From Candidatus Saccharimonadales bacterium (GTDB lineage Bacteria; Patescibacteriota; Saccharimonadia; Saccharimonadales; JAXHNE01): a stretch of 64,000 nt of DNA. Made by a program: the position numbers and the translations under genes. The stretch spans positions 10,612-74,611 of the forward strand of contig JBFIJL010000004.1 of NCBI GenBank assembly GCA_041600755.1. Reading direction: 5' to 3'. Below, piece by piece: positions 7,759-15,521 of this stretch. Numbering within the stretch: the first letter of the stretch is position 1; every line of letters starts with the position of its first letter. Under the pieces are notes generated by a model. That model saw only the letters and a program-made list of their open reading frames with translations. It made no database searches and was not told the DNA's origin.

Positions 7759-8391
7759 TTATACGCCAACTAGCAAGAATTGCGTGACACTTTCCATGAT
7801 TGAAGACAGAATTGGCGAAAGTGCTGGCAGAGCAATAAACATCAAAATAAACAATCCAGCCAAACCAAAAGACTCAATAGTGCGCATCATGTTCTGAATT
7901 GGCTCAGGTGCGACTGCGTAAAATAAACGTGAGCCGTCAAGTGGAGGAAAAGGTATCATATTAAAGACAAAGAACCCAATATTTACCTGGATAAATATCA
8001 CGAACACATCGACAATTACCTGCGTCATATCACCTATAAATAACCGTAAGGCTCCTGCTGCGGTCGCAGCTAGCAAAAAGTTGGTTAAAGGACCTGCCAA
8101 GCCAACCATTGCCGCACCATACTCATCGTATTTCACTCTATTTGGATTGAATGGCACTGGCTTTGCAGCACCGAAGATCGGGCCACCAGTGAGCGCAAGG
8201 AGTGCCGGCAGTGCTAGTGTCAAAATAGGATCGATGTGCTTGACTGGATTCAGCGTGAGTCTACCCTGTAATTTCGCAGTATCATCACCCAGCCAATAAC
8301 TCATATAGGCGTGCATCGCTTCATGTAGCGTCATAGAAATCAGCACACTGCCAATCACCACTAGCAACAAAATAATTTGGCTATCCAACAT
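7759..8391 (-). CDS. site-2 protease family (M50) zinc metalloprotease, short membrane form
   Basis: HEAMHAY (HExxH) in TM1, LTLNPVKHIDP, and a polytopic hydrophobic profile. Confidence 0.75.
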   Translation of the reverse strand: MLDSQIILLLVVIGSVLISMTLHEAMHAYMSYWLGDDTAKLQGRLTLNPVKHIDPILTLALPALLALTGGPIFGAAKPVPFNPNRVKYDEYGAAMVGLAGPLTNFLLAATAAGALRLFIGDMTQVIVDVFVIFIQVNIGFFVFNMIPFPPLDGSRLFYAVAPEPIQNMMRTIESFGLAGLFILMFIALPALSPILSSIMESVTQFLLVGV

Positions 8392-8419
8392 ATCAACCAG
8401 TATAACAGGTTGGCAATGT

Positions 8420-8448
8420 TTGACTTTTACGGTCTTAACAGGTACAAT
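8420..8448 (+). promoter_or_regulatory. sigma70-like promoter TTGACT-17-TACAAT for rpmB
   Basis: TTGACT at 8420-8425, 17-nt spacer, TACAAT at 8443-8448. Confidence 0.45.
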
Positions 8449-8493
8449 CTACCTCTGAATCTCATTAACTTTAGAAGTGAAATAGGAATAATC

Positions 8494-8682
8494 ATGCAGA
8501 AATGTGAACTCACCGGAAAAGGCAAGCAATACGGTAGCAATGTCAGCTTCTCTCAGCGCCACACCAAGAAGGTCTGGAAGCCAAATCTTCAGACTAAGAC
8601 TGTTGTAGTTGACGGCAAAAAAGTAAAGATGAAAATCAGTACCCAAGCCATCCGCACTCTCAAGAAAAAGGGTCTTTTGTAG
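8494..8682 (+). CDS. rpmB: 50S ribosomal protein L28
   Basis: MQKCELTGKGKQYGSNVSFSQRHTKKVWKPNLQ is a typical bL28. Start set at ATG 8494, after aggaa. Confidence 0.9.
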   Translation: MQKCELTGKGKQYGSNVSFSQRHTKKVWKPNLQTKTVVVDGKKVKMKISTQAIRTLKKKGLL

Positions 8683-8704
8683 AAATACAACTCGTCAAAA
8701 TACT

Positions 8705-8735
8705 AAAAGAGCTCGATAGAAAGTCGAGCTCTTTT
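8705..8735. terminator. bidirectional intrinsic terminator between convergent genes
   Basis: Perfect 12-bp stem aaaagagctcga/tcgagctctttt with a 7-nt loop, with A and T runs inside both arms. Confidence 0.65.
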
Positions 8736-8750
8736 AGATTAATTGATCTG

Positions 8751-9380
8751 TTATTGTCGCTCTAAGATAACTATTTCTGGAATCTCAGGAAAATCAGAAG
8801 AAGACTTTAGCTTGAGCTTTGGCACTGCTTCTTTCATCTCGAACGGTAAATCCTTGATTGCATCAGCTAGGGCCGATTGTGGAACCTCGTACGACAAGTC
8901 CTTATCCTCGTAGTGCGTCGGAATAACAATCTTAGGCTCGAAGGCCTTGATTACTTTACTCGCTCCAATGGCGTCAAGTGTGTAGCCGTGATTGCCGACT
9001 GGCACGATAAGTACATCAACAGTACCAATTGTTTCTAGCTGGCTCTCTGCCAGGTCGGCAAATATGTGTCCAGCCACCACAACGCGTATGTCAGCAATAT
9101 CAAACTTGAAAATAGTCGCGGATTTTTTCTTCGGCTCATCCATATGGGCTCGAGCCTCAATAGCCTTGATTGAAATGTCTGACACTTCGTATTCGCCAGG
9201 ACGATCAATAATAATTTTTGGGGCTTTCTTTGGCTTAAAGTCACCGTGTGTTCGCACGAAAATGTCACCATCCTTAGTGACGGCCGAAGCGCCTAGAGAT
9301 TCCAGGTTATCGTCGATAACCACAACGGCTTTCTTATATGCAATCCGAATACAGTTAGCACCATAAAATTGAATTTCCAC
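8751..9380 (-). CDS. MBL-fold metallo-hydrolase (UPF0173-like)
   Basis: MEIQFYGANCIRI...VVIDD...VVVAGHIFADL...LIVPVGNHGYTLD...VIPTHY pattern. Confidence 0.7.
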   Translation of the reverse strand: MEIQFYGANCIRIAYKKAVVVIDDNLESLGASAVTKDGDIFVRTHGDFKPKKAPKIIIDRPGEYEVSDISIKAIEARAHMDEPKKKSATIFKFDIADIRVVVAGHIFADLAESQLETIGTVDVLIVPVGNHGYTLDAIGASKVIKAFEPKIVIPTHYEDKDLSYEVPQSALADAIKDLPFEMKEAVPKLKLKSSSDFPEIPEIVILERQ

Positions 9381-9383
9381 GCT

Positions 9384-10040
9384 CTACTCCTTTGATTTAG
9401 CCGTTTTTGGCTTTGATTTTTCTTCTGTTGCCGCAGGTTTTGCTACGGGCTTTGGTTTATCAGTATAAATAAACTCCTTGTCGATGACCACCTGCTTTTT
9501 TGCCGCATCAATCAAACCAACAAATCGATCATTAACTTGATGTCGATATTCGAAGTCTTTCATAGTCATGACGACATAGCGGATATCTTTGCCTTCTTTT
9601 TTCTCAAGTGCTTCGATGTATTTATCGACTTGAGTCTGATTTACGTCACCGATGATGACAAAATCAACTCCAGCGCTTTCGTCACGCGTAAACTGGCCAG
9701 TATAAAATGCCAATTGAACATTGCCTAGCTCTTGTATGTCGTCGGCTACCGGAGTCTTGGCCACTCCTGATTTTGTAGCAGTAACCCCGTTACCAAAAAT
9801 TTCTGTGAGTGGATTATGGTACTCGTAATCTTGATTAACTTCGTAGTAGAGTCGGTTGTTATTGTTCTCGGACGAGATAATACCAACGCTGAGTAAGTTT
9901 GCGAGTTCTCGTCGAACTGAGTTAATCTGCTCGTCGATCTTCCGAGTAATTTCTCGAACGTAGAATGCTCGGTTCGGGTTCGTATAGAACAACTGCAGTA
10001 ACTTTACGCGGGTCTTTGATCCAAATAATTGCTCAATCAT
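9384..10040 (-). CDS. winged-helix DNA-binding protein (ArsR/MarR-like N-terminus) with a Lys/Pro-rich tail
   Basis: LFGSKTRVKLLQLFYTNPNRAFYVREITRKIDEQINSVRRELANLLSVGII. The C-terminus is KPKPVAKPAATEEKSKPKTAKSKE. Confidence 0.5.
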   Translation of the reverse strand: MIEQLFGSKTRVKLLQLFYTNPNRAFYVREITRKIDEQINSVRRELANLLSVGIISSENNNNRLYYEVNQDYEYHNPLTEIFGNGVTATKSGVAKTPVADDIQELGNVQLAFYTGQFTRDESAGVDFVIIGDVNQTQVDKYIEALEKKEGKDIRYVVMTMKDFEYRHQVNDRFVGLIDAAKKQVVIDKEFIYTDKPKPVAKPAATEEKSKPKTAKSKE

Positions 10041-10071
10041 ATTCCCATTGTAGCAGATTACATCCCAGAGA

Positions 10072-10944
10072 CTATCTGTAATTATTCAGAAATTCTTCTA
10101 TTCTGTCAGTCGCCTCACTCTGTTCGCTCACCCATTGAATACTTTTGTTTCGCTTGAACCATGTCAGCTGTCTCTTCGCGAGTTGAGCATCTTTACGGGC
10201 AAAAATATCCTCGGCCTGTTCAAGCGTTATTTCTCCAGCGTCAAGCTGAGCAAACGCAAGGTAGCCTGGGTCGCGCAGTACTTTAGAGTCTGGAAATTTT
10301 TTATACAGCTTCCGGGCCTCATCTGGAAGGCCAAGTCCGACCATCTGGTAGACTCTATTTTTTATACGTTTTTTGAGCGTGGTTCTATCGACATGAATAC
10401 CTAAAATGAGCGTATCTTTTCTTAGTGGGTTAGATTTTGGCTTTGCGCCTTTATTTTCAATAACCCGCATCAAATGCCGTGGATTCTGTTTGTTTTCTGG
10501 CATTGGCAAGTCCTCGGCTTTAATGCGTGCCTGCAGCTCTTCAACTGTCATATTCCGCAAGCTAGCTCGCAAAGCCTCATCTGGTGGTGCGGTAAACTCA
10601 TAGTCAAAAATCACTGCATCAATATACAGGCCACTGCCACCAACCATAATTGGGACTTTGCCGCGTGCAGAAATATCTTTAATGGCCGCTGTCGCCTGCT
10701 CTTTAAAGTCGGAAACGTTGAAAGTCTCATCGGGTGTCACAACATCAAGCAAATGATGCGGCACATCACGCCTATAGCGAGCGGTAGGCTTAGCTGTGCC
10801 GATGTCCATGCCTTTATAAATTGTGCGCGAATCTGCACAAATTATCTCACCACCAACTTGTTGCGCCACTTCCATCGCCAGTCCAGACTTACCACTGGCA
10901 GTGGGACCAACAATGACTATTAGAGGTTGTTTTTTGGTTGCCAT
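10072..10944 (-). CDS. miaA: tRNA dimethylallyltransferase
   Basis: P-loop GPTASGKS, then DSRTIYKGMDIGTAKPT and VPHHLLD. Confidence 0.9.
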   Translation of the reverse strand: MATKKQPLIVIVGPTASGKSGLAMEVAQQVGGEIICADSRTIYKGMDIGTAKPTARYRRDVPHHLLDVVTPDETFNVSDFKEQATAAIKDISARGKVPIMVGGSGLYIDAVIFDYEFTAPPDEALRASLRNMTVEELQARIKAEDLPMPENKQNPRHLMRVIENKGAKPKSNPLRKDTLILGIHVDRTTLKKRIKNRVYQMVGLGLPDEARKLYKKFPDSKVLRDPGYLAFAQLDAGEITLEQAEDIFARKDAQLAKRQLTWFKRNKSIQWVSEQSEATDRIEEFLNNYR

Positions 10945-11252
10945 AGGGCTGTCTCCATTTCTTTAATTTCATAATCACTGCTGATACTCACACCTTCACT
11001 CTGCAGGTGCTTGGCGTGTGCGGATTTTCCACCTGGATAGCCGCTTGCCATGCCACCCCGCTTATTCACCACACGATGCCACGGCAAGTTTGAATCACCG
11101 AAGTGAGCAATACCGCCTACAACCCGCGCTGCTTGTGGATTTCCACATAGTGCTGCCAGCTGACCGTAAGTCATGACCCGCCCATGCGGTATAGATGACA
11201 CCAATGATTCAACTCGTGCCGCAAAATCAGACCGCTGCATCAAAACGTTCAA
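10920..11252 (-). CDS. alkyltransferase-like (ATL) protein, MGMT family lacking the acceptor Cys
   Basis: IPHGRVMTYGQLA...NLPWHRVVN: Trp replaces the Cys of the PCHRV motif, as in ATL proteins. Overlaps the miaA start by 25 nt. Confidence 0.75.
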   Translation of the reverse strand: MNVLMQRSDFAARVESLVSSIPHGRVMTYGQLAALCGNPQAARVVGGIAHFGDSNLPWHRVVNKRGGMASGYPGGKSAHAKHLQSEGVSISSDYEIKEMETALWQPKNNL

Positions 11253-13097
11253 TCATAACGAGCTTTTTGTAGTGCGGGATTTTGCTTCATTGGAAACTGA
11301 CCGCAAAAAATCCTCAACTTTCTGGTGTGCATGGCTTGGCTGCACCTCAATATCTTTGCGTACGCGCGGTGTCACCTCGCCAGACTCAATCTCTTTTTCA
11401 CCTAGAACTAAGGTATACGGCACCTTCATGACCTCTGCATTACGGATTTTCTTGCCGACAGATTCATTGGCGTTATCGATAGTCACTCGAAGCCCCAGTT
11501 CCTTGGCCTGAGCGGCAACGCTATCGGCAAATGCAACTGTTTCATCCTCTTGATTGACGGTAATTATTCGAACCTGCTCTGGCGCAACCCACACCGGAAA
11601 CTTCCCAGCGGTATGTTCGATATAGACAGACAGGAACCGCTCAATAGAACCAAGTAGCGCACAGTGAATCATGATTGGGCGCTGAACCGAGCCATCTTCA
11701 CCTACATACTCAAGCTCAAATCTCTCGGGCTGCACGAAGTCCAATTGAACAGTGGCGACCTGATGCTCGCGTCCGATCGCATCGGTTGCCATGAAGTCAA
11801 TTTTTGGCCCGTAAAACGCCGCTTCACCCTCTTCTTCAAAGTAATCTAATCCGTTCTTGAGCACAGCAGCCTTAAGCTGCGACTGCGCTTTATTCCACAG
11901 ACTTTCATCACCTAAATAGCCATCCGATGCATCGCGATAACTAAGCCGTACTTTCAAATTCATATCGACGGTTTTGTACAAATCGCCGGCAGCGGCAAGC
12001 AACCCATCCATCTCCTGTTCTATCTGGTCTTCTCTACAAAACACATGACTATCATCCTGCGTTAAGGCGCGCACACGATTCAGCCCACCAAGCTCGCCCG
12101 ACTTTTCATCTCTGTAATCTGTAGTTGTTTCCAGATACCTAACGGGGAGATCGCGGTAGCTCTTGGGCTGGAAGGCAAAAATTCTGGTGTGATGCGGACA
12201 GTTCATTGGTTTTAGGACAAAATCATCAGATGATTCCTGGCTTTTAACCAAAAATAACTCATCACCAAACTTAGACCAATGTCCACTGGCTTCATATAGT
12301 TCTTTTTTTGTAATGTTTGGCGTCCACACCTTTTCAAAACCCGACCGCTCTCTGAGCTCATTTGAATATCTTGATAGCTCTTCTCTGAGCACTGTTCCTC
12401 TTGGTGTAAACATCGGCAAACCTGATCCCACGAGGTCAGAGAACAAGAATAAATCCAGCTCTTGGCCAAGCTTGCGGTGGTCGCGCTTTTTAGCTTCTTC
12501 AAGCATCTCAAGATGTTTTCTGAGCTCCTTCGGTGAATCAAACGCCACACCATACAATCGCTGCATCTGCGCGTTTTTTTCATTGCCTCGCCAGTAAGCT
12601 CCAGCTATGCGCATCAACTTAAATGCTCCAACTTTATTGGTGGATTCTACGTGCGGACCACGACATAGATCAGCAAAATCACCGTTGGTATAGAACGAAA
12701 CTTCGTCAAGCGCGCTATCGCCATCAGTTATAGTGCCCAGCTCATCGGCATCCAGATCTTTAGCAACCGTTGTACCAGCGCGCTTCAGATCGTTGAGCAA
12801 CTCCTCTTTATATGGCTGACCAGATTCTTGCGCCCATGCAATGGCCTCATCTATCGGCTTGGTAGAACGCACAAACTGCTTCCCTTCTTTGATGATATTC
12901 TGCATTTCGGCTTCAATCTTCTCAAAATCGTCTTCAGAAATGGTCACATCACCAGCGTCAATATCGTAATAAAAACCGTGCTCTACCACTGGACCAACGC
13001 CCAGTTTCACTCCTGGCCAAAGCCGAGTAACGGCCGTTGCCATAATATGAGCCAAAGAGTGTCTCATTGCGTGTAAGTTATCTTGATTTTGAGCCAT
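11253..13097 (-). CDS. thrS: threonine--tRNA ligase (no N-terminal TGS domain)
   Basis: MRHSLAHIMA (editing-domain HxxxH), class II motifs (FRDE-like YRDEKSGEL, GLNRVRALTQDDSH) and an anticodon-binding C-terminus. Start set at ATG 13097, after GAGGAG. Confidence 0.92.
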   Translation of the reverse strand: MAQNQDNLHAMRHSLAHIMATAVTRLWPGVKLGVGPVVEHGFYYDIDAGDVTISEDDFEKIEAEMQNIIKEGKQFVRSTKPIDEAIAWAQESGQPYKEELLNDLKRAGTTVAKDLDADELGTITDGDSALDEVSFYTNGDFADLCRGPHVESTNKVGAFKLMRIAGAYWRGNEKNAQMQRLYGVAFDSPKELRKHLEMLEEAKKRDHRKLGQELDLFLFSDLVGSGLPMFTPRGTVLREELSRYSNELRERSGFEKVWTPNITKKELYEASGHWSKFGDELFLVKSQESSDDFVLKPMNCPHHTRIFAFQPKSYRDLPVRYLETTTDYRDEKSGELGGLNRVRALTQDDSHVFCREDQIEQEMDGLLAAAGDLYKTVDMNLKVRLSYRDASDGYLGDESLWNKAQSQLKAAVLKNGLDYFEEEGEAAFYGPKIDFMATDAIGREHQVATVQLDFVQPERFELEYVGEDGSVQRPIMIHCALLGSIERFLSVYIEHTAGKFPVWVAPEQVRIITVNQEDETVAFADSVAAQAKELGLRVTIDNANESVGKKIRNAEVMKVPYTLVLGEKEIESGEVTPRVRKDIEVQPSHAHQKVEDFLRSVSNEAKSRTTKSSL

Positions 13098-13112
13098 TTC
13101 GCTTCTCCTCTT

Positions 13113-13271
13113 TAAAATAAAAAACACATAAGTAGCTTTACTTATGTGCACCTGGGTCGAAGACTGTTCTACGACGGTTCCACCGGCTGCATTCACTTAC
13201 GACTCATTGGTTATCGTACCTCTGTCGTCACGCCTACGAAGCTCAGTAGTTGGTAGCTACTTCATTGCTTA
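13113..13271 (-). promoter_or_regulatory. candidate T-box leader (short Stem I form) with intrinsic terminator
   Basis: The minus strand has GCAGCCGGUGGAACCGUCG (13190..13172), resembling the T-box AGGGUGGUACCGCG core with a UGGA bulge. Two ACCA (Thr codon + A) motifs lie in upstream hairpin loops (ACC at 13254..13252 and 13211..13209). Terminator cacataagta/tacttatgtg plus a U-run lies at 13148..13113. Confidence 0.5.
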
Positions 13272-13303
13272 TTTTCAATTATACCACTTCTATAACAGAG
13301 GTG

Positions 13304-13513
13304 CTACGATAATTTACTCCTTTCTCCAAACGCCAACCTTATTACTCCAGCTATAACCACCGCTACAGTCACCAAGGCTAGACTTATCCCTGTTTGGTGA
13401 CTCAACTTACCGATAGCATCTAACCCTAGCAAAATCATCCAAACCGGCAGCAAGCCAGTAATAAGTCCAAGAAACAGATAAGGAAAGTTGTGATTTTGCT
13501 GATTTTTTGACAT
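13304..13513 (-). CDS. small membrane protein (69 aa), hypothetical
   Basis: From ATG 13513: MSKNQQNHNFPYLFLGLITGLLPVWMILLGL...VTVAVVIAGVI, two hydrophobic helices. The longer 117-aa version has an implausible N-terminus. Confidence 0.35.
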   Translation of the reverse strand: MSKNQQNHNFPYLFLGLITGLLPVWMILLGLDAIGKLSHQTGISLALVTVAVVIAGVIRLAFGERSKLS

Positions 13514-13780
13514 ACAGCGACCATCATAACCGAAGTTAACAGAAATAAAAAGAGGGTTCAAATGATCTCGCAATTCATTTGAACCCTGCCCATCCTGGAG
13601 AAAACCTCTCCCAAAAACCCGTCTCACTTCGTTGATTGGCCGCTCATTGCCGATCAACGTACAACTATCTTAGCATACTAGTACTATCATGCTAGCACTT
13701 TATTATTGTTATGATTACACCAGCGCCTGGGGATAGTTTCTGGGCTAACAAAAAATCCACCGCTCTGGATGGGTTTATAC

Positions 13781-13799
13781 TGGTGGGCTCGGAGGAACT
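13781..13799 (-). repeat. exact 19-nt copy of the 3' end of tRNA-Val (AGUUCCUCCGAGCCCACCA)
   Basis: tggtgggctcggaggaact at 13781-13799 is identical to 13970-13988, the 3' terminus of the intact tRNA-Val. Confidence 0.85.
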
Positions 13800-13969
13800 T
13801 GACCTACGTTCCGCAGGCCCGAAACTTCTGCTATGAAAGCAAGCTTTCAAGTGAAGATTTCCTTGCAAACTGCCGCTGGCAGTTCTCACCCAACCTCCTT
13901 GGGGTCGGTGATTCGACTCACAACTGATCATGCAAAGCAAAAACTCACCGCTTGGGTGAGTTTTTGCTT

Positions 13970-14046
13970 TGGTGGGCTCGGAGGAACTCGAATCCCCGAC
14001 CTCCTCAACGTCAATGAGGCGCTCTAGCCAACTGAGCTACGAGCCC
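13970..14046 (-). tRNA. tRNA-Val (anticodon GAC), CCA encoded
   Basis: Manual cloverleaf: GGGCUCG/CGAGCCC acceptor, GCUC..GAGC D arm, CCUCA-UUGACGU-UGAGG anticodon arm, GGGGA-UUCGAGU-UCCUC T arm, A73-CCA. Confidence 0.9.
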
Positions 14047-14132
14047 TTGCGGTGGGTCTCGTACCACAGTGGTGACCGCCTAGCGCAGACTATTACTTCT
14101 ACGGCGAGCTGTCCCAACTGAGCTACGAGCCC
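14047..14132 (-). pseudogene. degenerate tRNA-Val-like sequence (shares the first 19 nt with tRNA-Val; no foldable T arm)
   Basis: Starts GGGCUCGUAGCUCAGUUGG, identical to tRNA-Val (14114-14132 = 14028-14046), and ends CGAGaCCCACC. The interior offers only a 5-bp UCGCC/GGCGG stem around 22 nt, and 14 nt where the variable loop and T arm should be. Confidence 0.4.
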
Positions 14133-14173
14133 ATATTCAACAGATAAAACTATATCTTATTTCCTCTGTTAGC

Positions 14174-15259
14174 TCAAGAGTTGCGATATTCTTCGGTTAT
14201 GCGGTTTAGGTATCGGATGTTATGGATGCTGGCTAGAGATCCGGCCAGACTTTCACCAATCTTGAACTGATGACGCAAGAAGCCGCGCGTAAAGCCATCG
14301 TTACACGTCGCACAATCACAACCTTCGTCAATTGGGCCAGTATCCTCGGCCAATGTTGCGATAGAAAGATTTAACCGCTTGTCTCCAGCAAGCCAGACCG
14401 CACTATGTCGTGCATTTCGTGTTGGCAATACGCAATCCATCATGTCAATTCCATGCTCGATTGCAAACCGCACATCGACTGGATCGCCAACACCCATCAA
14501 ATAGTGCACTTTGGTTGCGTTATATAATGGCGCCAAAAACTCTAGCATGTCATGCATCTCCTCACGCGTTTCGCCAACTGACAATCCACCAATTGCAACA
14601 CCATCAACATCGCGCGACTGCACAAGCTCAAGGCTTTTTTGCCGCAAATCTTTGTCTAGTCCTCCTTGTGCAATACCAAACAAAAGTGGCCTGGTTTCAT
14701 CCGTCATATCTGCCGTCAACCGCTTGAACTCAGCAATACAGCGGTCTAGCCAGCGATGTGTTCGCTCAAGAGCCTCCACTGTACGCGCGCGGCCAACTTG
14801 ATCAAGACTAACCACATCATCAAAAGCCATAATAATATCACTACCCAGGTCAATCTGAATCTGCATGGACTTCTCTGGGGTGAGCGTAATTAAATCACCA
14901 GTTCGTGGATCTTTGAAAGTTACACCTTCCTCGGTGATTTTGTTCATGTGCGCCAATGAAAACACCTGAAAGCCCCCAGAATCGGTCAGAATTGGACCCT
15001 TCCAGCGCGTAAATTCATGCAATCCGCCAAGAGCTTTTACGGCCTTTTCTCCAGGCTGAAGATGTAAATGATAAGTGTTTCCAAGAATGATTTGCGAGCC
15101 TGCAGCCCGAACCACGTCCGGATGTAGACCCTTTACCGCCCCGCGCGTCCCAACTGGCATGAATACCGGTGTATGCACCTCACCTGCCCGGGTTTTCAGG
15201 GTGCCACTTCGAACGCCATTAACTTCCTTAAGTAGAGTAAACATCTGTTTCATCAACAC
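14174..15259 (-). CDS. tgt: queuine tRNA-ribosyltransferase
   Basis: HTPVFMPVGT, LGNTYHL, DSGGFQ and the Zn site CDCATC...H are all typical Tgt. Confidence 0.92.
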   Translation of the reverse strand: MLMKQMFTLLKEVNGVRSGTLKTRAGEVHTPVFMPVGTRGAVKGLHPDVVRAAGSQIILGNTYHLHLQPGEKAVKALGGLHEFTRWKGPILTDSGGFQVFSLAHMNKITEEGVTFKDPRTGDLITLTPEKSMQIQIDLGSDIIMAFDDVVSLDQVGRARTVEALERTHRWLDRCIAEFKRLTADMTDETRPLLFGIAQGGLDKDLRQKSLELVQSRDVDGVAIGGLSVGETREEMHDMLEFLAPLYNATKVHYLMGVGDPVDVRFAIEHGIDMMDCVLPTRNARHSAVWLAGDKRLNLSIATLAEDTGPIDEGCDCATCNDGFTRGFLRHQFKIGESLAGSLASIHNIRYLNRITEEYRNS

Positions 15260-15297
15260 AGCTTACCATATCTGTTAGCATAAGCATATTACACACT

Positions 15298-15326
15298 ATT
15301 GACAGTGTTCCTGCAAGCGTGTATAT
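15298..15326 (+). promoter_or_regulatory. sigma70-like promoter TTGACA-17-TATATT
   Basis: TTGACA at 15298-15303, 17-nt spacer, TATATT at 15321-15326. Confidence 0.5.
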
Positions 15327-15355
15327 TCGTGGAGTTAAACGGGAGGCACTCATAG

Positions 15356-15466
15356 TTTGAGTACCAACAAGACTTCACTTGAGGAGTTTAAGCTGTTCTA
15401 CGAAGAGCTTACCTCGGTGAAAGCAACAAGTCGAATACGACGCACGCGGACACGTATTAGTAAATA
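15356..15466 (+). CDS. candidate 36-aa micro-protein (the unit may instead be a non-coding RNA)
   Basis: TTG start 10 nt after GGGAGG (15340-15345). Encodes (M)STNKTSLEEFKLFYEELTSVKATSRIRRTRTRISK. Lies inside a promoter-to-terminator unit. Confidence 0.25.
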
Positions 15467-15483
15467 ATCGTCAATCTGCGTGA

Positions 15484-15521
15484 AGCCCCTAAAGCTTGAT
15501 TTACCAGCTCTAGGGGCTTTT
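15484..15521 (+). terminator. intrinsic terminator
   Basis: 11-bp stem gcccctaaagct/agctctaggggc with one mismatch, followed by TTTTT (15517-15521). Confidence 0.7.

Noticed and set aside
11253-13196. 33-codon N-terminal extension of thrS
   Set aside because: The extension runs through the terminator and U-tract of the leader. ATG 13097 has a GAGGAG RBS and aligns with the ThrRS editing-domain start.
13692-14027. ORFs 13692..13940(-) and 13833..14027(+)
   Set aside because: They overlap tRNA-Val, its terminator and the structured insert. Neither has an RBS and both have an implausible composition.
13781-14132. Possibility that the 352-nt span with tRNA-like 5' and 3' ends is a tmRNA (ssrA)
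   Set aside because: - The acceptor pairing would be G3-C70, not the G3-U70 needed for alanylation.
- The 3' part lacks a complete T arm.
- No tag reading frame ending in a hydrophobic ..AA stop is visible.
- An intact tRNA-Val with its own terminator sits in the middle.
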